Below are positions 19,952-29,496 of a stretch of DNA of 64,000 nucleotides, piece by piece (position 1 is the first letter of the stretch; every line of letters begins with the position of its first letter). The notes beneath the pieces are model-generated. The model did not search any database. It was not told the DNA's origin and was given only the letters and a program-made list of their open reading frames with translations. This DNA is from a candidate division WOR-3 bacterium (lineage in GTDB: Bacteria; Hydrothermota; Tepidihabitantia; B3-TA06): contig CBFGKC010000006.1 of assembly GCA_965649265.1 (NCBI GenBank), positions 96,001-160,000 on the forward strand. Direction: 5' to 3'. The translations under genes and the position numbers were made by a program.

Positions 19952-21391
19952 TCAGCGTAAAACAATCAACTTGCGCGAAAGAATCCTGTCTCCGGATTCA
20001 AGAATGCACAAGTAGACGCCTTCCGGAGCCATGCTTCCGGTGATGTCGGTTCCGTCCCACGAGACCGTATGGCTGCCTTCGGGCACTCGCTCGCACAAGA
20101 GCGTCTTCACGAGTCTTCCGGAAGCGTCAAGCAGCTTCAACCGCACGCTGCCTGCCGCCGGTATGTCAAAGTACACCAGCGCCACGCCTGAATTTATGAG
20201 CGATATCTTTAACGCCGGTCCATCTGCGTGGGGTTTCTCGCTTGTCCCCGGTTCAGGCTTATGGGGGATTAGCGCTTTTTTGTAGTATATCTCGTGGTTG
20301 CCGCTTTCGTTGTCCTGCAGGATCATATGCAGGACAGAATCCGAGAGTGCAAGAAAAGGGCTGTAAGAAGTAGCGGTGTTATTGCTGAGATTGGTATCGG
20401 CGCTCCAGGTCGCGCCGAGGTCGGTCGAGTACTTGAAATAAATTTCGGCGTTGCCGTCGCGGAAATCGTACCAGGCGAGGTAGACGGCCGAATCGGACGT
20501 TACCATATACGGGGTGCGGGAGTGACCGGCGGCATCCGTGAGTCTTTGGTCAGGGCTCCAGGTTGTACCCGCATCCAGCGAATGCTTGTAGTATATCTCG
20601 TGGTTGTTCCACGGGTCGTTGCGGTCGTCAGTCCATGCAACGTGAATGTTTGAGCCGTTGACCGCAATGGCAGGATGCTCCGAGTTCTTGGGATCGTCCT
20701 CGATGCTTGCATTTTTATCCCAGCTTTGGCCTTTGTTTCCGGAATGCTTGTAGTAAATCTGTGTGCCTTCTACCCATACGATATAGACGTCTGAACCCTG
20801 TGATCGAACGGCGGGGAACGAAGAGCGGAGAACGGTTCCTGAAAGATTCGTGTCCGCACTCCACGTGGTTCCGTTATCGGTCGAACGCTTGTAATATACC
20901 TCCATGTTGCCGTCGCGGAAGTCCTGCCAGACAAGATGGAGCACCGAATCCGAAACCGCTATCGATGGATACAGCGAGGAGTCGGCGTCGAATGTCAGCC
21001 GCTGCTCTTCCGTCCAGGTGCTTCCGGAGTCCTCGGAGCGCGTGTAGTATATCTCGTTCCACGCGTTCTGCCATACCACGTGAACGAGCGCTCCCTCTGT
21101 CGCGATTGCAGGGTAGTCGGCGGCGCCCGGCGCGTGAGAGAGCACCGTATCCCCGAGCCACGTTTGGCCTTCGTCGAGCGAGCGGGCGTAGCGGATGTTA
21201 TATGGACCGTACGCCTCGCCCCACACCGCGTGAAGGACCTTGCCCGAACGGACGAGCGACTGCGTGTTGTTGTAGCTGAGGTATGACCATGAGGGCGTGT
21301 TCGATATCTTTTGGCCGGGCTGCCACTGCGGCTGCGCCGCGAGCGTTGCCGCGAACACTAAAGCGATGACTGCTGAAAGAAGGTATTTCAT
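19952..21391 (-). CDS. secreted BNR/Asp-box propeller protein with FlgD/T9SS-type CTD (paralog of 18435)
   Basis: Same repeats; WDGTD...GVYL...RKLIVLR; start moved to MKYLLS. Confidence 0.88.
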   Translation of the reverse strand: MKYLLSAVIALVFAATLAAQPQWQPGQKISNTPSWSYLSYNNTQSLVRSGKVLHAVWGEAYGPYNIRYARSLDEGQTWLGDTVLSHAPGAADYPAIATEGALVHVVWQNAWNEIYYTRSEDSGSTWTEEQRLTFDADSSLYPSIAVSDSVLHLVWQDFRDGNMEVYYKRSTDNGTTWSADTNLSGTVLRSSFPAVRSQGSDVYIVWVEGTQIYYKHSGNKGQSWDKNASIEDDPKNSEHPAIAVNGSNIHVAWTDDRNDPWNNHEIYYKHSLDAGTTWSPDQRLTDAAGHSRTPYMVTSDSAVYLAWYDFRDGNAEIYFKYSTDLGATWSADTNLSNNTATSYSPFLALSDSVLHMILQDNESGNHEIYYKKALIPHKPEPGTSEKPHADGPALKISLINSGVALVYFDIPAAGSVRLKLLDASGRLVKTLLCERVPEGSHTVSWDGTDITGSMAPEGVYLCILESGDRILSRKLIVLR

Positions 21392-21522
21392 CCGGACCTC
21401 CAGTTTTTTTCTCCGCCGTCCGGCGAAGTCCACAAAGATTGAGATAAGGATAATGTATGTCGAAAAGGCTCATTGTCAAGAGGGGGGAGGGGGCAGTGCC
21501 TGGAAGTTTGTTGCATCCGGTA

Positions 21523-21550
21523 TTGACAACGCTTGGTCTCGGCCTATATT
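21523..21550 (+). promoter_or_regulatory. sigma70-type promoter
   Basis: TTGACA-N16-TATATT. Confidence 0.6.
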
Positions 21551-21625
21551 AAAGATGTAAACTTTGACTCCCCACGGGGTCCCCACGCAGACGCGAAGTG
21601 GATGCGCAGGGTATAACATTCGGAG

Positions 21626-23314
21626 GTGAACGTGAAACGGTTAGTGCTTTTAATAGTAATCCCAATGATAATCTTTGCAGGGGATGGATGGGTGAGGACA
21701 TATGGTGGAGGTGGAGGATGTTGTGTACAATTGACTGATGATGGTGGCTATATTATTGTTGGGGTAAATAGTGAGCATCTCTCGATTCTTAAAACTGATG
21801 GAAACGGTGATACATTGTGGACGAGTTTTTTTCCTGAAGGAATTTGGAGTATCGGGAAGAGCATTACAGAAACAAGTGATGGATGTTATATTGTAACTGG
21901 GTTATTACATGGTTCGGGGATAAATGAAGTCGGTCTTTGGTTAATTAAGGTGGATTCCGTAGGCAAAACATTGTGGTCATATGTCTACGGAAGTGAGGAA
22001 GGAGCTGACGGTGAGTGTGTACAAAAAACAAACGATGGAAACTATATAATTACTGGTATTGTTAAAGGTGATCTTTGGTTGCTTAAAGCCAACCCTCAAG
22101 GTGATACCATTTGGACGAAAAGATATGGCAGAGAGGGTTACGAGGATATCGGTTTATTCCTCGAACAAACAAAGGACGGTGGTTTCGTAATTACAGGCTA
22201 TAAAGATTATTCTGTTGCTCTGGGAAGCGAACCTAATTTGTGGTTATTAAGGACTAATTCTCAAGGTGATACCCTGTGGACAAAAAACTATGGTGGTTTG
22301 GGTATTTGTAAAGGGACCTGTGTTCGTCAAACCGAAGATGAGGGGTTCATAGTTACTGGTATAAACCGTTCACTCAATGACCTATGGTTAATCAAAACCA
22401 ATAACGCAGGAAACATTGTTTGGTCTAAGATATATGACTGCGGTGTTAACTGGGATGCATCACCTTGTATTCAGAAAACTATTGACGGGGGGTATATTTT
22501 AATAACTATGACTCTTGCTTTTGGTGCAGGTTCCGTAGATTTCTGGTTAGCTAGAACGAATATTGACGGCGACACTTTATGGACACGAACCTATGGAGGA
22601 ACCGGTATAGATTGGCCGTATTATGTACAACAAACAAATGACGAAGGGTACATTCTCGTAGGTTCGGGGATGGGAGGGCTTATTGTGATTAAGACAGATT
22701 CTTTAGGAGATATCGCGGTGGCTGTTTCTCCCACCGATATCGGTCGACCAGACAACGGTGGCGATTATTACGGGGTTAGACCAGGTGCATATTTTACAAA
22801 TTGGGGAACATTTGAAGAAGCAAAAGGCTTCTATTGTCATTGTGAAATTGCAGATATCAATGATTCAACTTTATTCTACCATGACAGCGTTTTAATCGCT
22901 GCTCCCATTAAACCTTGGGAAACAAGATACGTATCATTTGTTCAGTGGATTGCACCTGCGATATCCAGTTTCACGGCAACATTCTATACAACAAAAGCCA
23001 ATAATCCACAGAGAAAGTCAGTTTCCTTTCGTTGGAGCGGTATCGCTGAACCCGTAACACCCGTAAGGTACCAGGCTTCTCCAGAAATGGAGATATCCTC
23101 ATCAATCGGTTCGACCATCACCCTTCGCTACTCGAACTGCGCCGACGGTTTCCGGGCGTCCGTCTACGACGCGTCTGGAAGAGAAATTGACGAGATAGAA
23201 TCGTCCTCAACCTCAGGCACACTAGAATGGGGGGAGTGTTACGGGCCTGGAATGTACTTTATACTTGCCGAGGGCTCGAATAGAAGCCCGACAAAGGTCG
23301 TGCTGGTCAGGTAG
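21626..23314 (+). CDS. secreted beta-propeller repeat protein with T9SS-type CTD
   Basis: Signal peptide; repeats LxKTxxxGDTLWTxxYG / QTxDGGYI; YDASGR...GMYF...KVVLVR. Confidence 0.85.
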   Translation: MNVKRLVLLIVIPMIIFAGDGWVRTYGGGGGCCVQLTDDGGYIIVGVNSEHLSILKTDGNGDTLWTSFFPEGIWSIGKSITETSDGCYIVTGLLHGSGINEVGLWLIKVDSVGKTLWSYVYGSEEGADGECVQKTNDGNYIITGIVKGDLWLLKANPQGDTIWTKRYGREGYEDIGLFLEQTKDGGFVITGYKDYSVALGSEPNLWLLRTNSQGDTLWTKNYGGLGICKGTCVRQTEDEGFIVTGINRSLNDLWLIKTNNAGNIVWSKIYDCGVNWDASPCIQKTIDGGYILITMTLAFGAGSVDFWLARTNIDGDTLWTRTYGGTGIDWPYYVQQTNDEGYILVGSGMGGLIVIKTDSLGDIAVAVSPTDIGRPDNGGDYYGVRPGAYFTNWGTFEEAKGFYCHCEIADINDSTLFYHDSVLIAAPIKPWETRYVSFVQWIAPAISSFTATFYTTKANNPQRKSVSFRWSGIAEPVTPVRYQASPEMEISSSIGSTITLRYSNCADGFRASVYDASGREIDEIESSSTSGTLEWGECYGPGMYFILAEGSNRSPTKVVLVR

Positions 23315-23662
23315 AACCGGATGTTCGCTCGCATTGAGTGGGGGAGAGGGCTTTTGTGAAGGCGAAGAAGGTGGTTCTAGTCAGTTAAACTTCACCGCCC
23401 CCTCCCCCTCCGGATACCGGTGGAATTTTTTGTGCCCGGGACGAATGAGGCGATTGCCTCGGCCCATGCGCCTCCCAGTCGCTGTTTGTCCCACTTCTGA
23501 CCCACACTTTGACCGACTGCCGTAAGGGGCGGCTGACCCTCCTTCGGAGTGTTTGAAGTTTGCCTCGATTTCATTTTTCAGTAGGCATACTTCCCCGCAA
23601 TAATCGAAATTTCGCCCTGAATATGCCATGAAAAAAACCCAAAATTGGCCATTTTGTCCATC

Positions 23663-23690
23663 TTTTGTCCCACTTTTGTCCAGCTTTTTT
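23663..23690 (+). repeat. 28-bp dispersed repeat identical to 65-92
   Basis: TTTTGTCCCACTTTTGTCCAGCTTTTTT at both sites. Confidence 0.85.
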
Positions 23691-23859
23691 TACCCCAAAA
23701 TAGTCGCATTTTCCTCAAGAACGGACTACAATTTTGTGGGGATTCCCGTTTTTTCACCCCGGACGTCCACTTCGCCTCGCTCGTATCAAGCGGACTCCCC
23801 GTTTACCCAGTTATAAAATGAGATTCCACAAGATTAAGCCTGACTTGTGCTTATGAACG

Positions 23860-26127
23860 TTATCTCAAAATCACGAGCTTGGTTTTGTAGCGGAACGAGC
23901 TGCCTTTTGCTTCAACGAAATACACGCCGCCGGGCATAGGACGGTTGAGGTTGTCCTTCGTGTCCCAGGTGTAACTTACGTTATTCGAATAGATTACGGA
24001 AAGAGGAACCTGTCTTACCACTTGTCCTGCGATGTTGTAAATCGTCAGATTGACCGTTTGTCCCGGATCGGCTGAAAACAAAATCTCGGTTTGATTATTG
24101 GTAATATTCGGAATACATTCGAGCCCGTCGATTGTCGAGGTCACACCTGTTTTAAGTATCGGTACTGTAACGACATGCGAATCGTTGTTCGAATGAGGCA
24201 GAATGATAAAAATACGTTTTCCCCTGATCTCATAACTTTGCAGTTTAACCCCGTCCATCCATAAGTTACCATTAATTTTGTACTTGTCTGGATCGAATTC
24301 GATGACCAGGGTTTCGTCCCTGCTGAGTTTCCCGTTAAAGGAAAAGACCAGACCTATATATTTTGAATATGAGTAACTTATGTTGTGTATGTCCCGAAGC
24401 TCATCCATGAAATCGCCGTATTCGTCAGGAAACAGGTAATCGAGATGGGGAAAATCGGTTTCCATAGCGGTGAAAACCTTATTGATTTTATCGTATGCCG
24501 TATCAGAACCACCATCGAACCATGCCCATGGATGTCCAGCAGTCAGCACATATTTTCCTTTCTGCAATAATATCTTGACGGAATCATAATTATCTGGTGT
24601 ATCGCCCGACCACGTTGAGGAAAGGAGCCATAGTCGATTACTAGGTGAATAAACGGGGCACACAAAAGTATTCACTTTGGATTTCGCTCTTACGAAGGAA
24701 TAATCACTGACTTTAAAACCGTGGCGGAGCAGTGAAGAAGTAAGGGAAGCGCACGTTTTGAATCCGGGGGGACGAATGAAACGCAAGGATTTGTTCGTCA
24801 GACCTAAGGAGTCGTACATCTTTTCGATTCTTACGAAAGTGGATTCAGCACCTATCGAATCGTTGTGCTCAAACTCCCAGCCTGGCCCCAGAGAATCCGG
24901 CGTCGGATAGTCAGGCTCGCTGTCACTTGGGGTGTGGTGCAGACCGTGGCTGCCCAAACGCGCCTGGTCTTCGTAGCCGTAAATCAAGTTTGCGTTTTCT
25001 ATGTTGCGCAGCCAGGCCCTGTATTCTTCAGTTGAATGGTAGAGGACATTCCTGTACTTACCGTTTACTCGCCACCACCGGGTTTCTTCAGGGTTTTCTA
25101 CCCAGGAGCTGTCCCTGACATAATTAAGCAAGATCAGCCATCCCTGTTTCATGCGAGGATGATCTTCCAACAATCTTACCATGCAATGACTTATTGGAGT
25201 TGTCGTATCCTGTCCGGATTTAGGCACGAACCATGTGGGCGGCGATCCTGGTTTTTTAGGAACCTCAAAGGGGATGTTGTCAAACATCATCATTACGATT
25301 TGCTCGTTCCCGTTGGGGAACGGGGAGAAGTATGCGAGAGGGCATTCGAGTGCTGTTTGAATTTCTTCTGAGGCGTTGCCTAAGACAAGTTCATAACTGC
25401 ATTCGAGAACATCACCAGGGCCAAGAATGGAGTAAGATGCCGGGCCGGTCCATGAATTTATTTTTCTCAACAACTCACTTTTTAGAGTCCATTCCTTTGA
25501 GTGTGAAATGTGGTTAAGATTCCACAATCCCCAATAAGGGTTTCTTGAGATTACCCATAACGTGGAGTAAAGATTTCGGAATTCTAGTATAGGGAAAACA
25601 CTCAAGGGAGATTTTTTTAAAGTATCAGTGTCGGAAAAAGAGTAGACTTCGCCTGTATGATTATAAGTCTTGAAAGATTCGAAAGTCGGTATCTTCGATG
25701 TGAGATCAAGCCCTTCGGGAAATTTTACCGTGTCGAGTGCCTCGAAGCGGTATTTCAAGAACAGATGATTTTCCACAAGCGTCATTTCAATTTCTGTGGA
25801 GAGGTTAAGCGGGGTAGCACTCGAATTGGTGAATTGCGGAGAAAATATTTTAATCTTATTTGTGTCCAGTATTACGACTTCTCCCGATGAAGGAAAGTAG
25901 TCGCCCGCCCTGAGGGCAAAAAAATCATTTGTTCCGTCAACGATCTTTTTTTCTCCGGCGGTAAGATTCAGGATAGAACCGACAGGGGTTTTCAATTTCG
26001 TAACACTCGTAGTGACTTCAAATGAAGATGATCTTATTGACCATGTGCCGTCGAGATTATTGATTACTGTTGCGAAACCAAATCCACGGATCAATAAAAA
26101 CGAAATTAAAACAAGAAAACGTTTCAT
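23860..26127 (-). CDS. secreted polysaccharide-deacetylase-like (NodB-type) protein with FlgD/T9SS CTD
   Basis: MMFDN, GSHGLHH, FIRPPG, AGHPW; IYNIAGQVVR, WDTKD, GVYFVE, KLVILR. Confidence 0.7.
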   Translation of the reverse strand: MKRFLVLISFLLIRGFGFATVINNLDGTWSIRSSSFEVTTSVTKLKTPVGSILNLTAGEKKIVDGTNDFFALRAGDYFPSSGEVVILDTNKIKIFSPQFTNSSATPLNLSTEIEMTLVENHLFLKYRFEALDTVKFPEGLDLTSKIPTFESFKTYNHTGEVYSFSDTDTLKKSPLSVFPILEFRNLYSTLWVISRNPYWGLWNLNHISHSKEWTLKSELLRKINSWTGPASYSILGPGDVLECSYELVLGNASEEIQTALECPLAYFSPFPNGNEQIVMMMFDNIPFEVPKKPGSPPTWFVPKSGQDTTTPISHCMVRLLEDHPRMKQGWLILLNYVRDSSWVENPEETRWWRVNGKYRNVLYHSTEEYRAWLRNIENANLIYGYEDQARLGSHGLHHTPSDSEPDYPTPDSLGPGWEFEHNDSIGAESTFVRIEKMYDSLGLTNKSLRFIRPPGFKTCASLTSSLLRHGFKVSDYSFVRAKSKVNTFVCPVYSPSNRLWLLSSTWSGDTPDNYDSVKILLQKGKYVLTAGHPWAWFDGGSDTAYDKINKVFTAMETDFPHLDYLFPDEYGDFMDELRDIHNISYSYSKYIGLVFSFNGKLSRDETLVIEFDPDKYKINGNLWMDGVKLQSYEIRGKRIFIILPHSNNDSHVVTVPILKTGVTSTIDGLECIPNITNNQTEILFSADPGQTVNLTIYNIAGQVVRQVPLSVIYSNNVSYTWDTKDNLNRPMPGGVYFVEAKGSSFRYKTKLVILR

Positions 26128-26268
26128 AGACTGTGTTAAAGGGCTTTGTTCAGCCAGGCAAGGAAAATTCCCGCCCTTCATGATTTTTAAAAGTAACCCG
26201 CACGGTTGATGGTATAAATATCACCACTACTACCTCTGAACAATACCCTTACCTCCTTTCATAAACAA

Positions 26269-26296
26269 ATTATAATATGAGGTGCGTGTTTGTCAA
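26269..26296 (-). promoter_or_regulatory. sigma70-type promoter
   Basis: TTGACA-N16-TATAAT on minus strand. Confidence 0.7.
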
Positions 26297-26411
26297 GGAC
26301 TTATCGGAAAGAAGCATTTGTACTTTATATAGATAAGTTTGTTGTCCTTCATTCATGTCTTTTGTATTTTCTCTTGAAGCGGCACATATGATTTTTTTTG
26401 CAATGTACGAA

Positions 26412-27830
26412 TTAGCGTGTGACGGTAGACAAGTCAAAACGGGAAAACCCGGCGTCAGTGGCAATCCAGAGATAACGATCTTGCAGAGCTACTGCGGTGA
26501 CATTATCCGAAAGCAAACCGTCCTTTGATGTGAGGGAAAGCTGGTAGTTGGTTTCCGGATTGTATATGGTAACTCCGCCCTTGCCGCCGATTATTATGAG
26601 GCTGTCCGTTCCGGTTACCGAACGCTGCGGAACCGGCATAAATCCTGGGGTTACGTAATATGACCAGCCTGACCGCGATTGCTTGACCACAAGGGAGCCG
26701 GTCCAGAAATAGCGAGCGTTTTTGCCCCTAACTATCGCAAGTACGTCGTTTCGAACGAGTTTCATGCGTTCATCCTCAAGTGGAGCAGGAGAGCCTTTTG
26801 GTATTATTGCAAGCGTTATCCCATCCTCAGACGCAACGAAAAGCGAGTCTTTGTGAAAATCGACATCGTAAATTGTTTTTTGGGTGGTAATTGTTGACAG
26901 GGTTCTCGCCCCGAGATTATAAACGTCAATTTTCAGAGGGGCAAGAAGAAAGAGGTTTCCTTCTATAAGTCGAGCCTTATCATAGGTTGTCAGGCGGAGG
27001 TTCCCGGCGATGCCGTCGCTCCAGGCGGGCTGAGGACTGGTCGTGGTTCCCCAACGTGAAAATGCCCGAAATACAGTACTTCCGTTTCTCTGAACTAACT
27101 GATCTACTCCGTTCGTACCGAAGGCGTAAAGCGAGGTATCCGAACTGAAAAAAGAACTTACATCTACAGCTCCAGGGCTTTGGTATCGTAAGAGCTCGCG
27201 CCAGGAGAGCGCGTCAAATACCAGATATCCATACCCCGGTACTGATACGTAGGCCCTGTTCCTGAATTTGAAAACCATGGTGTAGGAGCGCTGCATGAGG
27301 GCATCATCGGTAAAAAACCACGGATTTAAATAAGGGTAACTGCGTGGTTTACTCTCAGGGGTATTCGGCCCGAACCAGTGAGTTGTCGAATCAGGTTCAA
27401 CGTTTTTCTCCTGGCCGGAGAGCTTCTCGACAGGCTGTACAAACGAGCCGTGGTCCAGAAACAGGTATTCGTTCGAGAGTCCAATTTTTGAGACAGGTGA
27501 GACTTTTGAAAGAATTATAGAACTTGTAATTCCACTCTGCGGTTGGAAAGTGTAAAGCCTGCCTTCTGTCGTGACGACCCAAAACCCGATAATGCTGCGG
27601 TCGTATATCGCCATTGATATGTTTTGAGGCAGCCCCCTCTCTGCTCCAAATGTCTCTCCGGGCAGGTTAGTGGAGGCGTCAAGTGTTAGTATTGACGTCC
27701 TGGTTACGGCGTATACGCTGCCGAAGACGTCATCGGCCGTGAAATTTCTTATTTCGTACAGCTTCGGATACTGCTGCCAGTCCGAGGGATTAAAGAAGTA
27801 TGCCAGAATCGAGAGCAGGATTGCGTTCAT
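26412..27830 (-). CDS. exported beta-propeller protein (two-component regulator propeller-like)
   Basis: Signal-like N terminus; GLPQNI, DGLLSDNVTAV..LWIATDAGFSR. Confidence 0.7.
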   Translation of the reverse strand: MNAILLSILAYFFNPSDWQQYPKLYEIRNFTADDVFGSVYAVTRTSILTLDASTNLPGETFGAERGLPQNISMAIYDRSIIGFWVVTTEGRLYTFQPQSGITSSIILSKVSPVSKIGLSNEYLFLDHGSFVQPVEKLSGQEKNVEPDSTTHWFGPNTPESKPRSYPYLNPWFFTDDALMQRSYTMVFKFRNRAYVSVPGYGYLVFDALSWRELLRYQSPGAVDVSSFFSSDTSLYAFGTNGVDQLVQRNGSTVFRAFSRWGTTTSPQPAWSDGIAGNLRLTTYDKARLIEGNLFLLAPLKIDVYNLGARTLSTITTQKTIYDVDFHKDSLFVASEDGITLAIIPKGSPAPLEDERMKLVRNDVLAIVRGKNARYFWTGSLVVKQSRSGWSYYVTPGFMPVPQRSVTGTDSLIIIGGKGGVTIYNPETNYQLSLTSKDGLLSDNVTAVALQDRYLWIATDAGFSRFDLSTVTR

Positions 27831-29419
27831 TTTTCATCCTTACAATGGCATTCATCACACTCTTCTTCATTATCATCCTCTTCCAGTGACGCGAAGGCCT
27901 GAGGAAGATAGCGAAGCAGGTCGCCGGCAAGCAAGGAGTGTTCGCCGATGTCCTCTATCGCTATATCAGCCGCTTTACCGTGAAGCCAGACGCCGAGCCG
28001 CGCGGCGGGGGAGAGGGGCATTTTTTGTGCAACAAGGCCGGCTATTATCCCTGTCAGAACGTCGCCGGTTCCTCCCGATGCGAGTCCCGAGTTTCCGGTC
28101 GAGTTAACCCAGGTTTCTGAGGGGCATCCGGTAACCGTCGGCGCGCCTTTGAGTGCAAGCACCGTTCCCCATTTTTTTGCATACTCCTCTGAAAGATCAA
28201 GTCTTTTCGAATCCACTTGCTTCGCATCCATGTCGGTCAGTCTTCCGAACTCTCCGGGATGCGGTGTCAGAATAAGTGGGGGCTTCTTTCCTTCGAGTAA
28301 TCCAGGCTCCGAGGCAATGGCGTTGATTCCGTCAGCATCGATAATCAACGGTTTCTTCCACTGCTTGAAGAGTTTCTTGACAAGTTCCACCGTTTCAGGA
28401 TGAGTGCCGAGTCCTGGACCAATTGCCAGAACGTTCACGTCCTCCACCATTGACATTATTTCCTCTAGCGCTTTCGATGAGATGTGGCCGTCGCCTGTAT
28501 CTGCCAATGGTTTTTTGACGACCTCCAGGAGAGAGGAATCGAATACGCCGCTCATGGTTGCCGGGAATCCGAGGTAAACGATTCCGGCGCCGGACCTTCC
28601 TGCCGCCTCGCAGGCAAGCCGCGCGGCGCCGCTCATGCCCTGGGAACCTGCAACAACGAGAACCTTGCCGAAGGTCGCCTTGTTTCCCCAGGGGACGCGA
28701 GAAGGAACTAGGAGGGAGGCGTCTTCGGACGTCATAAGTCGCAAATGCCCCTCGCCATCAAAGATCGCGCCAGGTATACCGATATCTGCAACCCACACCT
28801 CGCCGCAGTATTCCATGGTTGGATAAAGCACATGGCAGGGTTTCAGGTAAGCCATTGTGACCGTTACATCCGCTTGAACCGCAGTCCCTGGTTTTTCAAG
28901 CATGCCGTCAGCCTCGATTCCTGACGGCAAGTCGACGCTCACGACGAAACCCTCAGACTCGTTTACGAGTTCTATCGCCTTTTGAGCGAGTTCATCAGGC
29001 TTACCCTTGAATCCTGTGCCGAGAATCGCGTCCACGACCACGTCAAACGAATCGATATCGTCAATCCACGAAGCCAGGCCGTCCTCATCCAAGACCTCGT
29101 CTATGGGCAATCCCATCTTCTCGGCTATTCTCGCATTGGTAAGGGCATCGCCTTTCAGGTCGTCCACCCTGGCAAGCAGAATGATTTCGACGAACGCACC
29201 CCTGTTGGCCAGGTGGCGGGCCACGACGAATCCGTCGCCGCCGTTGTTACCTTTTCCGCAAACCATAAGAGCCCTTAAGCCGTCCGTGCCCAGGTACTCC
29301 TCGATGGTTTCGGCGACCGCACGGCCCGCGTTTTCCATGAGTAAAATTGTGGGTATCCCGAACTCGCTGGACGCGCGTTCATCTATTCCGCGCATCTCGT
29401 CGCGTCTCACAATACGCAT
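27827..29419 (-). CDS. nnr: bifunctional NAD(P)H-hydrate epimerase/dehydratase
   Basis: LMENAG, GKGNNGGDG, DAILGTG, DLPSG, TPHPGEF, GGTGDVLTG. Confidence 0.96.
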   Translation of the reverse strand: MRIVRRDEMRGIDERASSEFGIPTILLMENAGRAVAETIEEYLGTDGLRALMVCGKGNNGGDGFVVARHLANRGAFVEIILLARVDDLKGDALTNARIAEKMGLPIDEVLDEDGLASWIDDIDSFDVVVDAILGTGFKGKPDELAQKAIELVNESEGFVVSVDLPSGIEADGMLEKPGTAVQADVTVTMAYLKPCHVLYPTMEYCGEVWVADIGIPGAIFDGEGHLRLMTSEDASLLVPSRVPWGNKATFGKVLVVAGSQGMSGAARLACEAAGRSGAGIVYLGFPATMSGVFDSSLLEVVKKPLADTGDGHISSKALEEIMSMVEDVNVLAIGPGLGTHPETVELVKKLFKQWKKPLIIDADGINAIASEPGLLEGKKPPLILTPHPGEFGRLTDMDAKQVDSKRLDLSEEYAKKWGTVLALKGAPTVTGCPSETWVNSTGNSGLASGGTGDVLTGIIAGLVAQKMPLSPAARLGVWLHGKAADIAIEDIGEHSLLAGDLLRYLPQAFASLEEDDNEEECDECHCKDEK

Positions 29420-29496
29420 GTTACCTCTCCCTTTGTGTATCTATTTTTTCTTCTTGTCCTGAAAATTCTTGCCTGTGCCGGATAGTGCAGAAAGGC

